A stretch of DNA of 64,000 nucleotides. It comes from Chrysomallon squamiferum (Eukaryota > Animalia > Mollusca). Positions 50,821 to 64,000 of the stretch are shown one piece after another. The DNA lies in contig CM022668.1 in assembly GCA_012295275.1 (NCBI GenBank), forward strand, positions 6,448,001-6,512,000. Direction: 5' to 3'. The translations under genes were made by a program, and so were the position numbers. Position 1 is the first letter of the stretch. Each line of letters starts with the position of its first letter. The notes under the pieces are model-generated. The model had not been told where the DNA came from and did not search any database. It saw only the letters and a list, made by a program, of their open reading frames with translations.

Positions 50821-52161
50821 TAAAAAAGAAATAAAAATAAAAATGAAAGAATAAAACGATAATAAATAAATAAATAATTTCTTATTTTATATAAACACAA
50901 CTTTCTCTAAAAATCCTGTGGTCAGACAGTCACTGTTATTGTTTCCATTCTATCTCCAGTCGCAGAATATCAGTTTTGCTGCTGACGCACTGTTGTTGTG
51001 TCTCGTGGTTTTATTTTCAGAACGAGGCCAGACGGTCATTAGGTAAAAATATTCACGTGGTAAAAATTATACCAGAGCGTAAGTGGCGTTTGTTTTTAAC
51101 TTTTTTCAAGACGTTATTTACTCGTGAACAATTTGTTCATATTTATGCAATAAAGACAATAACATCAGTGTATAAGCTCAACATCAAAGTATAAGCTGCA
51201 ACATCAAAGATTTGTTACAACAGTATTGTAACTTCGACGTCTACGATTAAATAGTAGTGTCGACATTATTCAACGTCACTGCCTTTACTACTATATCGCC
51301 ATTTACTTTACGACTTCAGCGCCTGTAATTTAGGTTTAATGTTTATATTATAATGTTCAACGTCTACAGTGTCAGCGTTTATAAGACAATGCCATTAGTT
51401 AGCAGATATCGAAAAAGAAAATGGCGAAATGGAATTACAATGAAAGAAATGAAAAACGAATTACTTTCCTTTTTGTTTGTTTGTTTATTTATTTATTTAC
51501 TGTTGTTGTTGTTGCTGCTGTTAGTATCATTATCATCATTATTTATGTATTTATTTATTACTTTTATTTTCACGCCTTGTTTACTATTTTTATAGTCGTT
51601 GTTATTATTTTTATTATTGTTATTTTATTATTACCGTTCACAAACACATCTATCTATTAAATAACATAAAGATAACTTCCTAACAATATCTGAAAGAGTT
51701 ATCCCTAAAAGGGTGACCATCTGGTTACTGTTAGGTTTGGACAAGAGTATCGTAACTAGCAGACGAAAATAAGTACACATGACCTTGAACATTCCATAAT
51801 CACATTTCACGTGCTTTCGTTAGCACGTGCTCTTTGTTTAGTAGACGGTAACCCAAATTTCCCAAACGGTGTGAGATTTAGACGTAGTTATAAATAAACA
51901 CATGCTGTTTTTAAACAGAAGAGAGAAAGACGTATAATTGTATATTTTACATTGTGTTTACGATCAGAGAGAGAGAGAGAGAGAGAGTTTTTTCATTTTC
52001 ATCAGAAAAGCTATGAAAATTATATGAGTAATTAACCAGCGATGCTATATAACGAGAACATAAAAGATAAAAGATAAAAAAAAAAAAAAAGAGAAAAAAA
52101 GAAAGAAAAAAGTAAAATAAATAAATAAATGAAATAAAATAAAATAATAAAATACAGAGAA

Positions 52162-52193
<32 letters not shown>

Positions 52194-52697
52194 TAATAAT
52201 ATAACAACAATAATAAAAATAACAGCATCGACAATAAAAATAGTAATAGTAATAATAATAACAAATTATGCAAATTCGTTGTTTCCCCCCGCCTCATACT
52301 GACATTTTTGTTTGCTCATTTCATAATTTAATTATCTATTTGCCCATGGATCTGAAATCCATGCGCACGGCTGTTGCATTTAGTTATTAATTAATTGTAT
52401 TTATTTTAGCAATTGGTTTATGCATTACTTAAAACGTACTGTCGACAGTCAAAGGTAGATAGAATATTTCCGATGAATAGGAACGAGATATGAAAATAAA
52501 TAATTAATAATTTAACTCAGCAATATATATATAATTTTTTCTTGTATGTTGTTCATTTAAATTATATATTTGTGTGTGTGTGTATGTGTATGCATGTACG
52601 TTTGAAGGTTTATACTTCTGTATTTATGTATACTGTATATGTATGTATATATGTACATATTATTGTTATAATCTGTTATTGCAGATCGTTCATACAA

Positions 52698-52745
<48 letters not shown>

Positions 52746-53364
52746 TTGTAAGTATAAAGGACTTATTTTGGATGGTTCATTCATATTGTCACGGGTACTC
52801 GTTATCTAGTGTGAGTATTTTAATCCTGATATTACGCGATTCTTCGAAAACATACGGAAATAACCGAATATCGCCGAATATAGTCGATAATAGCTGTATA
52901 TTTTATAACCTGAGCGAGTCCGTAGCAAGTTTATTTAATCAATTAAAATACTCTTATACTGCGCGCGGAGATGAACCCTTTTTTTTTGTGTTGTTGAAAG
53001 TTAATAAAAATAAGGTAAAAGCTTTAATCAGAAGTTCGTAATCTCTGACGTCAGCGGATCAGAAATGAGTAAGTTTCGGGCAATTAATATTGATTGTAAT
53101 AATTTTTTCCTCAGGTTCTATATACGGAATGCTTGCATTAAGTGTAGTTAATATTTACATGAAAATAACAGATAGTAGATTCTTTCCTTTCTTTGTTTTT
53201 CTTCTTTCTTCTTTCTTTTTCTCATTCTTTCTTTTCTTTTCTCTTTTTTAAAGGTAAACACACACACAAACACACACGTACAAAAATAGTCGTTATTAAA
53301 GAAACCAGAGAATTGTAATTTGCTTCAGCTTCTATACACACATACAGAAATACATAATTGTACG

Positions 53365-53424
<60 letters not shown>

Positions 53425-53511
53425 AATATAATAACACTGGCTTTATCTTTTGTTCCTTATTAAAACCCACGGACCGTACGTGATTTGTTTGTGAAGGCAA
53501 ACGCTAATGTA

Positions 53512-53604
<93 letters not shown>

Positions 53605-54100
53605 AATAAAATATAACAATAATAATAATAATATAAAAATAAAATGAAATAAAATAAATTCAGTTTTAACAGAAATTATTTCACATCCGCGCGAAACAGC
53701 GCGTGATATTTATCGCGTGCAAAATCATTTCTTCTTTCACTGAATGTGTAAAAGTATAATATACGAAACCCAGTATTTAAAATACAGTACAGAGCATAGA
53801 ATTAACTGATACTTTCAGCCATAAATACATAAATAAGTTAAATTAAAGTAAACAATTAGCGACAGCAAACGCCTTTAACAGAGCCAAAAAATAAAACTAA
53901 TCGGAAATAGTGTATGTGTATGTATGCATATGTGTGCTGTATATGTGTGTCAGTGTATGTGTGACTGTGTTCATAAAATTATATTCAAGAGAGAAAGAAA
54001 GGAGAGGAAAAGAACGAAATAAAACACAAAAACGTCAAGCGTAACCCAAAGATCTCCCCCCCCACGCAGCTGAGTGACATTGACGTCATACTTTTCTTCA
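46600..54100. promoter_or_regulatory. CpG-retaining region with clustered CRE (TGACGTCA), E-box and ETS-like motifs
   Basis: TGACGTCA at 47350, 49613, 53046, 54081; CACGTG at 51808 and 51824; CCGGAAGT at 46987. Confidence 0.4.
47666..47746 (+). mobile_element. Possible SINE 3' end fragment with (TTCA)n tail
   Basis: AGTTTGACACCCAATTGCCGATA...TGTCGTTAAACATTCATTCATTCATTCA; resembles mollusc SINE tails from memory, unverified. Confidence 0.3.
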
Positions 54101-54378
54101 TGCATGGGTGGTTTTATTATCTCTGTCTTCATTTTGAATGTTTCAGCTTCGAAGATTATCGAAAGTAGTTAATATTTCATAGTTTTTTTGCTGATTTTTT
54201 GTTTTTAGACCAGGAAATATATGTTACAATGTATGAGAATTAGCGGAGTAAAGGCATAACTAATTATTTTAAAAGTACAAAGCTATTAATTTTAACAATG
54301 CTTTAATATGTATTTATCAACAAAATTAATAAATAAATTATTCTTAAAGTTTTTTTTAGCGTGACTAATGTTTTGAAA

Positions 54379-54414
<36 letters not shown>

Positions 54415-57400
54415 AAAACAAAAATAAAAATAAATAAATATTGACCAAGTTTATTTACCACTGAGGAAATGTGGTCATGAAAATAATTAAAGAGAAGATG
54501 CGAGGACTTTTCTGATGTGCTTTTCAATGGATAACGAACAAAGGTCGGATTTTCACGTCATGTTTCATTATTTGCCGACGTGCCGCTTAATAAAAAAACA
54601 ATCACGTCAGGATACAACCAAAGTTCGGTTTATTTCGTCATATTCCGTTAAATGTCGGTTTACTGTTCAATAGCCGTCACGTTGATACACGAGCAAGGCT
54701 GGACTTCTTCCGTAAGATTTCGGAAAAACTGGTGTTTCGTGTCCAATACCGGCTTTTTGGTATCGTCACTTAGGGACACATAGAAATCGGTTTACTCCGT
54801 TTATCAGTAAGCTTAAGAGAAGGGACGTGTTCGATCGCTTTGGTTCGAATAAATAATCAAGTTATTTGGCAGAGTGAATGAAAGTCAGATTTCATCAACA
54901 AATCGTACGACAGCTCGCTGGAAACACTAACAACAGGATGAGATGTGGGGGAAATGGTTTTCTTGGCCTAATATATTTTTGTATGTTATCTGATTCTTCA
55001 TATATATATATTCAGCCAATTACCATTTCAACTACTACTACTACTACTAAACATACATACCTACTCATTAATAAATAAGTGAAATAAAGTAAAGAAAAAG
55101 GCGTTTTAATATAAAAAAATATTAAAAAAAATATTAATAAAATATTAATAATAATAAAAAAAATTACTAAGTATAAAAGATGAATGTTATAGCAGCTTCG
55201 CACTGTTCCTGCAACAATAATAACAAAACAAAACAAAACAAATAATAATAATATAAAAATAATAATAATAATAATCGTACTCGGAAATAAAATTCATTTC
55301 AGCAAACAAAACATTAAAAAATTTCCGAAGATTTTTTTACAGGCTATAAAAAATGATTTATAGTAACTTGAACAATTACAGAAACCAATATATTTTGTTC
55401 CAAACCATTTTCCCATTCGGTTATAATGACGACGTCAGAAAATATATTTTATTTTTAGTTCGCAGTTAATCGTGTCTAAAATTTCTGCCCTTCTGAAAAA
55501 GCATACAAGATCGATTTTTAATTTTCTTCCTTAGCAATAAAACATTCAGAAACGAAGAACAAATTGGCATTTAACAGATAGCTGGAAAGATTCATTGGTC
55601 TAAATTTGAATCTTGATCTTTAATTATTTATAATGATGTAGCAGATATGTTTATTTCAGAAGGAAGTAGTAATTTAACCACACCATTTAGAATATCAGCG
55701 TCTGTCGCTGGTACCAGATTTTATAAACAAGTTACATTACAGTGGTTATTTTATATAATAGTACTGCATTATACAGGCTTATACAATTTCAGGCATGAAT
55801 TAAATACGAACGAAGAAGAAGATACAAACCAAATATCAGATATCTTATACACTGACTATATTATTTTATGAAGTAAATTAAAACAAACGACGCCACGGTA
55901 ATAATAACAAATGATGCTTACATATGCGCAGAAGTAATAAGACAACAAATGAATCTGGAGCGACAATCTGAAGCAACACCGGTTCTATATTTGGTTTGCA
56001 AAGCTGGCGCAGTTTTAATTTTATTCAAGTTGACCTATTTACATTTTGTAATGCAATAACGATGATGTAAATGTGCCAAACACACGTGTAAGTCTTCTGA
56101 CAGCGATGTAATTTAAAAAATTTCCATTTGACACACCTAGACTTGAATCCGGCTGAAGAAATCAGAAGGTAAAATAAAACGAGAACTTAATTATATACAG
56201 AACAGACGCGCCCCGTACTTAACCAGTTAATTAATAAGTATGTTACAGTATTATTATAAAAGTATGTTACTGTTATTGGGTACCACCATCGGCGCATTAT
56301 TTAAAAAATCATTTTTAAGCAGGAAATAACGAAGCATTCCTAGACTGTAAAATATTAGATGAAAGTGCAAAATCGATTATTGCGCCACGTTATTTAACGA
56401 AAATGTAGCAAGCATTTCAGTCATTCACCGACATTTGTGTTAAACAATATTGGTCCGCTCGTCTGCCTTCTCTGTATACAAAATAATTTAGTGATTAAGG
56501 TCCACCACGTATTGTAATGTTAACAATCCAGTTGTCGAAATATCTGGATAATATTTATAGTATTATTAAAATGGGACCATTTGTTTGTATTAAATGAGTA
56601 ACTGCAGTAGCATCACAAATTGTATATAGATGAAAAATTAACATGCAAGGCTCATTTTAATTTAGATCAGATCACAAATTATTTTGTTGTTTAATATGTG
56701 TGATAATTATAAATTATTTCAGTGTTAAACAAGTGTTAATAATTACTAGATGTCAGAGATATATATTTTTTCAAATAGTAGTTTATAGTATAGCACTGAT
56801 TAGAGGCAAACAATTTTGTTTTGTCAAAAAAGGAAAAGAAAAAAGAAATAGAGCTCAAAATTTGATAACTCGGTTGTTTCTTAAGTCTTCTTTTTTTTTT
56901 TAAACAACAAGAAAAACCCAATTATTATTATTATTATCCTTTTTTTTTTTTTTGTTAGCTCTCACTGATGTTAAAATCATGTTATTTATGAAGTATTAGG
57001 ATGGTTGCTAAGTAACTGTCAGTGAAATTCACTCATTAATTTGTAATCCTCTTAGGATAATCTGTTTACATAACTCATGTCAGCTGGATGTCTTTTAAAA
57101 AGAATAACAAACATTTTTTTTAATGAAAATAATGTTTTAATGTTTGTGTGTGTGTGTGTGTGTGTGTTATTTGTGCTGTCTCTGTTTCAGAGACATATAC
57201 ACACATGTGGATGCACACAAATATATACTCACAAAAGCACACAAACAGAAACACAAACATACATATATTTGCAGACACACACACACACACACACACACTC
57301 TGTTCCTCTGATTCATATATACTGTTTCTTTCTGTCTTTCATCTGTCTTCCTTTATTTTTTCACTCTCTCCATTTCTTTTTCTTGCTTAAATTTCATATT

Positions 57401-57709
57401 CTCTCTCTCATTGATGAAACTTTAATGTAAGAAGACAACACAAAAATTAATACAAAAAAACCCCAACAACACAATAATTAATACACAAAAACATCAAAAA
57501 CACAACAAAAATTATCCTCCCCCAAGAAAACATTAATAAATAAAACAAAATAGCAACTGTCCTACTCTTTATGTTATTTATTTCAACACATATGTATTTT
57601 ATAAAAATATTTTATTCACGAAATCTTTAAAAAAGTAATTTTATAATTTTATTTACTTTTTCCATTTTTTTTTTTTCTTCTTCAGATTCAGTTGTCATAG
57701 AAACGCAAC

Positions 57710-57975
57710 ATGTCAGCAACAGTTACTCTTGCCCACAGCGCCAAATCTCCACTTCTGGCGGCATTTTGTTCCAAATGTGTTTCTGGCATGCAGAGAAACC
57801 TAAACACATTTTCAAAAAATTCTATGAAACAGTTGTCGCAGTCGTGCAAAATGTCACAGACCTGCAAGCTCGTGAAATCATCAATGGACGCCAACATGTG
57901 CAAAGTTTGTGGCTGTCTAGCAAATCCGAGGAAATATACTAACAGTTTCGATCCAAATTTGAATTTAATAAAAAG
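57710..57975 (+). CDS. NAGS: NAGS coding exon 1 (putative mitochondrial targeting and variable segment); acceptor AG ends at 57685
   Basis: Polypyrimidine tract plus CAG upstream; GCAAC-ATG; open 88 codons rich in S/K with few acidic residues; AG|GTGACT phase 2 matches the next exon. Confidence 0.72.
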
Positions 57976-60900
57976 GTGACTAGATACATTTTTAATTATT
58001 TGTTAATAATAATATTAAATGACTTTTAAAATATTGTGAAATTACGGTTTCTTACAGCTATTTATTTGCAACAATATTTCTTTGAAATAAAATTTCCAGT
58101 GAATAGGGGAACGCATACAAGTATGTTTGTTATTTCTATTAGTTGAAAGTTGATTCTGCTTAAATTTTCTGTCTTTTTCTGTTGCCTCCCTACTTCTACA
58201 ACCATTTTAAGTACTTTTTATTAGTAGTATTATTAATATTAGAATGTAATGTTTGTCATTATTTAGTACTTTATATTATGCCGATATATTATGTAATGCA
58301 CAATATTAATGTTTTGCCAGTGTTTTATTAATTGGAAATTTAATATTCTATCACCTATTTACACCATTCAGTTTTGTTATGAGTATTTTGTTATTTAGGA
58401 ATTTAATATTTTTCATTTAATATTGTTCGTTTTTTTTAATTTACAAATATGTATTATTAATTACAAATTTATTTTTCTTTTACTGCATTTAATATCATAT
58501 GTTGTTTAATTTTGTCACGGGTGTTTCGTGTTTTAGATCACAAAGTACTAGTGCTACTAGTGTTTCGCGGTTGTCCCCGGCTACAGCAGGGGTCACATGG
58601 GCTCAGCTGATGACAGAGATGTCAGGTGAGAGTCCTGGTTCAAACCTCGACACCACACCAGATCTCAAACGATTCCTTAGCGAGGTAATTTGCTTTTTAA
58701 AAAAAATAATTTATTTGCAGATAGAATTGTTAAATCTTACTTATTTATGTATTTATTTATTTATTTATCAATTTGTTTATTTATTTTCATGAACAATTTT
58801 AAGCTGTTAAATATTTTATAAAATTTTGGCAGAAGTATTAATATGTTATTTTATTTACATCATCAGGTTATTTAATTATTTATTTATTTTATTTAATTCA
58901 GCTTATGTAAAACATGACACCCAAAAGACAGAAAAAGGAAATGTTTTATTAATGTTAAAATGACATGAATCTGGAATTATTTGTTATTATAGCCTTTTAT
59001 TTCTTTATTATTTCATTTGTCTCTTGAGAAATAAAAATATTTTTTTCATAACATTTCCATTTCTCCAAAGACTGCATTAAAATAACAAAACACCTCATAA
59101 AATTTGAATACCTAAGTGATTCCATAATAACAGTTTGAGATGATAACCAATTGTTCAGCATCAGCAACCCAGTCATTTATAATGTATGGTCCTAGATATA
59201 TATATTATTTCTTTATGTTTTTGTTAAGACAGATCTTAGAAGGTTTGTGTTTGTGAATGAATAAACAAACTTAATAATAATAATGTTAATATAAATATTA
59301 TTTAAAAAAATTTGATATGCAGTATGTCTGAAATTTACAGATAGCAAAATTAAAAAATACATTTTAAAATTGTGTTGAAATGTCTGGAACTTGCTGTGCT
59401 GTTTGTTGTGAAATACTAAATAAAATATTTCTTGAATACTAAACATTTTTTTAAACTTGACAGAAAGTTAAAAAAAAATGAAGAAAAAAAAAGTAATAAA
59501 TAAATGAATAAATAAATAAAATAAAAATATATAAATTATATATATTATTTTGATTCTTTCTAACTTGGTGACTTTTAATTTTAGTTATGAATGTAATTTA
59601 TACATTATTACTAGTATTTTTCAGTTTATACTTTTTGTGCAGCATTTTTGTTTATTGTTGTTGTTGGGGTGAATGTATAAAAATTTGTTTACATGTGTGG
59701 ACATGTGTTTAAGTGTGTGTGTATTTGTATCAGTTTAATGTATACATACATCTATACATTAATGTTATTTGCTTGTACTAACTGCCAGGAGTAAGTAAGC
59801 TCACACATATAGTTTTTATACATCATTCTGAACTTATTAAACAATGATGAATACAAATCATAATGTAACATTAGCAGTTGTTAACAAGTGACATTGATAT
59901 AAGTTAAAATAAATACTAATGATTTTAGTGAAACTGATATAAGTAAAATTTATCTGTCTAATGTCAGACTAAAGCAATCAAAACATGGAAAAGGAGAATG
60001 AAAAAAAATATAAAGACGAAATTACCTGTAAAATTCATATCTGTACACTTGGAGTATATTGATAACAGTTTGAAGTTGTATAATTAATTGACAAACATCT
60101 TGAGCTTATAAACATTTTCATTGGTGCTTCTTAAAGTTATTTATTTTCTTTATTTTTTCTTTCTTTCTTTCTTTTTTTGCTTTATACATTAATTTTATTG
60201 TACTGTTTGATGAAGATAACTGACAATAATGATGATGTTAATGGAGATAACTGATAAAATTGATGATGGTGATAATGTAAATGAAAATGATGATGATGAT
60301 GATGATGTTAATGAAAATAATAGTTGTTGATGATGTTGATGATGGAGATTATATTTATTGATAATGATAATGTTATTAATAAGATAATACTGCTGGTTAA
60401 GATCATAATAAAGATGTTCATGTTGATGATGAATATAATGATAATATTACTGATGATGAAAATAATGTTAAATGGTAATATTAATGGTAATAATGAATAT
60501 AATGATAATATTACTGATGATGAAAATAATCTGAAGTGGTAGTAATGATGAATACAATGATAATATTGATGATGAGATACAGCAGAAGTTCTTCATTTGT
60601 AATAATCATCTATTTTCCACAGTATCTGTTTAAATAGAGAAACTTTTCTCTATAAAGGGATTGTTTTTTCTTTTTAAAAAGAAAGAAAATTATGATTGAA
60701 TAAGAAAAGAAAAGAAAAAAGGTAAGAATAAAAAAATATGAATGAAAATAATAAAAACAAAAATTTCAAAAACAGTGCATTTAAAATAAAAAGGATGCAT
60801 GTACATGTAACTTTTTAAATATTAAATAAAATCAAGATGTTTCTTTGTTAATCATAAAGACTGCATGGTTTGTTAAGAATAAATACTAATAAAAGCAAGA

Positions 60901-63707
60901 CAGAAAAAAAAAAAAAAAGTTTTATTTTGATTTGTGAAAAGATTTCAAACATCTGATTGGTTGAACGTTGAGACCACCATATTGGTTTGTCAGTTTCCAG
61001 TTATCTGATTGGTTCTAAATATCCATGCTTTTGATTGGACATTTACATTTAATGTGACCATAATATGGAACTTTCATTTTATGTATCTGTCACATTTGTT
61101 TTCTAAATGATGGTCATGTATGCTTATATTAATATCTATCTCATTATCTTTTTGCTTATTTTCAGCCTGGGGTTATGGGGTGGGGTGAGGGGTGTTTGGA
61201 ATGGGAGGGGGAGTTTTTTTCTTAATGCAGCATCTTTTACATTTTAGGTGATAATATCTCTAGAGCTACTGTGTCTGTCTAACTATCCGGCAGTTCTCTA
61301 GTAAGTTTTTCTATCACATCCGTACAGGTTCAAATCCAGCTGGTGACTTCTCACATTTTTATTCACTTTTTTTCTTTAAAAAACTATGATTTAAACTTTT
61401 TTTAAAATTATTTTAAAAATATTATTTTTAAACATGTATTTGTTAATTAAAAAAATGTTAAAATTTAAAAAAAAAAAAAAAAATCCTACCTGTCTGTTAA
61501 GACCAGTTCAATAGTGACCACAACTCTGGATTGTGGGCACCTGTTTTGTATGGCTTTTCTGAATACAGAACTGTATGTTCTTGTGCCTTTCTTTGGTCTT
61601 TACAGGCAGGTTTGAGGTTTGAAATGAGATTATTTTTAGTATCAGCTTTCTTACAGTAATTTTTAAACTAAAACTCATGTAATTACTTAATTAAAAGACA
61701 AATTTTCTTTTTCATATTTTAATTTATTTTTACTTTTTAATGAGATATCTAAATTGAAATACTTGTATGGATGTCCATTCATCTGCCTGTCTTTCTGTTA
61801 AGTGTTCATAATGGTGGAGGCTTCATTGTACCATTTGTAATATAAATAGAATTAAAACAAAAAACTTCTTTATCTTATTAATCCTGTTGGATTTCTGTTA
61901 ACCTGTTAAGGGTGTTTGGAACGGGATAGAAGAATAAAAGTTATTTTTAAATAATTATTGAGTTACTTTGTTTTACTTACTAGGTTGGGACAGATCCCCG
62001 TGAAGCTAGATATTGGTTGAAACAGTTCACAAATTTTGAGCAGAGGCGGCCATTTGCAATTGTTCAAGTGTATCCAGAAGTTTTTTCAAAGAAGAAAATG
62101 GTAAGTAATAAAATAAATTGTTTTATAAATTAAAATAAAAATGATAAAATATTTATTAATTCTTGATATTTTTTGTTTTTTATTTATTTCAAAAAGAAAC
62201 AATTTATATTAAAATAATAATTAAAAAAAATAATAAAGTATTACTTCAGGGATAGAAATTAACTTTTTTATATGTCAGTTTTACTGATTCTTTTAATGTA
62301 TCTTTTATAACATTACTGATAATCATTAAAATTTAATTTTACAATTTTCCAGACATAGTGTTCAAAGCAAATGAATACAACTGCCTTATTAAAGACTTTG
62401 AGAGATATTTTTTTTGGTATTTTTATCTTTTTTGCAGTTTAAAATAAATTAGATTTTACTGATTTTATTTCATTTATTTGTTTCTTTTCTTTCCTTTTAC
62501 CATTTTGGATGGGGATGTATTTATTTTTTAATTCATCTATATAAAAATAAATGAACATTTGGGAGTTGATATTACTTGCTTAATTTGGAAAACAAAATAC
62601 CTGAGAAACATTATTTATTCATGCAAGGGACAGAACTGTAATTCAGGTAAAATCAAAATCTATTTTATTTATTTATTTAATTATTTTAATGTACTTTATT
62701 TTATTTTTATTATTATTATTTTTTAATATATCTCTTGTTTTGAATGGTACAAAAAGAAAACCACAAAACTATAAAAAATGTAATTAATTAATAATTTCAG
62801 CATTATATGTGTCATATCACTTAACAGCAAGCACATAAATAAACAAAATGAATTGTTTTATAAAATAAAAATGTTTCATGTTTCAGTTAGGACAGCTGAC
62901 ATCGTGTCTGTCGTTTCTACAGCGCAACAACATGCGCCCCGTCGTCATCCTGGGCAGCCCCGTTGTGACGGCAGTCAACTTCTCCGCTTCTGATCTTCAG
63001 GTATTTCCGAGTTTTAGAAAATTTACTGACACTGCGCTGGGTCAAGGGTGGGGGTCCAAGGCATCTGGACTCACCCTCAAATTTGAGAAGTGCCCCTTTT
63101 GTTTAATATTTTTAGATTTTTTTACAGATTTTTTTAGTTTTTAAAAATTTCTGTCAGTGTACAGAACACTGTAGAATATATCTGCAAGTGTCCCTGTTGC
63201 AGCACTGTTATATTACGGTCCATGTGAACTGTGTGTAATCTTTCAATAGTGTCCTTTCATAATGTTATGGTGACCTTTTTGTCATGGACTGTCTGCCTGA
63301 TCAGGAAAGCTGGATTCGCTCCACTGGCGGTGTTAAAATTTAAATTTACTTATTTATGTCACAGCATAAACTGAAAAACAACTACAACAGTCCTGGAACT
63401 TGAACGTCTTTTTATTTATATCATAAATAGAAATACATTTAAACTGTTCTTTGAAATGTTAATTATTTATTTACATCAGAATAAATTTAAATACGTAATT
63501 TTCTCTATAGCCCCCATTGATTTTCTTAGAAACACTTTGTCTGAAATGTTTACTTGTATTTAAAAAATGTTTTTTCGACTTTCAGCAACTCAAAGCGCAG
63601 ACTGTTCACGACAGCACAGTTTTAGCGAGTTTGCTGGAAGCTAACAGAGTTCTCGCTCGACCTCTCTTCATAGGCACCAATGTTCTGAGAGCAGAGAAGT
63701 TGCCAGG
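57710..63707 (+). CDS. NAGS: N-acetylglutamate synthase, vertebrate-like mitochondrial type; spliced gene, 5' part (5 coding exons), continues past the window end
   Basis: Spliced peptide DLKRFLSEVGTDPREARYWLKQF...PFAIVQVYPEVF...LTSCLSFLQRNNMRPVVILG matches the conserved start of the amino-acid-kinase-like domain of vertebrate NAGS as I recall it; all exon phases are consistent. Confidence 0.9.
58537..58684 (+). CDS. NAGS: NAGS coding exon 2
   Basis: SQSTSATSVSRLSPATAGVTWAQLMTEMSGESPGSNLDTTPDLKRFLSE; TTTTAG acceptor, GTAATT donor; 148 nt. Confidence 0.85.
61984..62100 (+). CDS. NAGS: NAGS coding exon 3
   Basis: VGTDPREARYWLKQFTNFEQRRPFAIVQVYPEVFSKKKM; donor GTAAGT; 117 nt. Confidence 0.92.
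62887..63000 (+). CDS. NAGS: NAGS coding exon 4
   Basis: LGQLTSCLSFLQRNNMRPVVILGSPVVTAVNFSASDLQ; 114 nt. Confidence 0.92.
63030..63326. mobile_element. Possible degraded MITE in NAGS intron
   Basis: GC-rich left end (CACTGCGCTGGGTCAAGGG...) and right end GGATTCGCTCCACTG form a loose inverted pair; no clear target-site duplication. Confidence 0.25.
63586..63707 (+). CDS. NAGS: NAGS coding exon 5
   Basis: QLKAQTVHDSTVLASLLEANRVLARPLFIGTNVLRAEKLP; TTTCAG acceptor, GTAAAC donor; 122 nt. Confidence 0.88.
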
Positions 63708-64000
63708 GTAACACAGAAATTATTTTATATTTGTTTTACTTTATTGGTATATCTGTTTTTCTTTGATTTATATTCTCTCTTAGGAACTTTTTCTTTTTCT
63801 TTCTCTGACATTTTTTTTGAGATTGTTTCTTCTTTCTTTTCCTTACTGTCATTCATTTGTGTATTCTTAATCATCTTTCCGTCTCATTCATTCTGTTTTC
63901 TTTCCATTTCTAATTCTTTCTGTCTTTATTACCAGTTATCATTTAATAAATTTAAAAAGTAAAATATATTTAATTTTACTAATTATAAGCTATTATTTTC

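Noticed and set aside
35500-57600. Additional protein-coding gene or intact transposon in the intergenic region
   Set aside because: No ORF with recognisable homology and no transposase or reverse-transcriptase motifs seen; small or non-coding exons cannot be excluded by eye.
61310-61350. tRNA B-box-like GGTTCAAATCC
   Set aside because: No convincing cloverleaf or A-box; at most a SINE remnant.

Overview
AT-rich animal genomic DNA with many introns and microsatellites; the style suggests an invertebrate, possibly a mollusc (inference only). It holds two divergent spliced genes. (1) Minus strand, 35119 to beyond position 1: a neurobeachin-like (NBEAL1/2-type) BEACH-family gene. I traced 41 coding exons with GT-AG boundaries, 6049 nt in total, from the start codon through the ConA-like and PH regions to just before the BEACH domain. 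All exon phases fit except exon 17, which is 2 nt short. (2) Plus strand, 57710 to beyond the window end: a vertebrate-like N-acetylglutamate synthase (NAGS), five coding exons. The 35.2-57 kb region between them is visibly richer in CpG, carries clustered CRE, E-box and GCAGACG motifs, and has a candidate NAGS leader exon with a uORF. The most unusual feature is that about nine NBEAL splice junctions have been tandemly copied into their own introns, giving arrays of decoy donors or acceptors, most with exon fragments and often spaced by microsatellites. In exon 17 the decoy copies keep the homologue-like in-frame sequence while the real exon is frameshifted. All coordinates were derived by hand; repeat boundaries are approximate.
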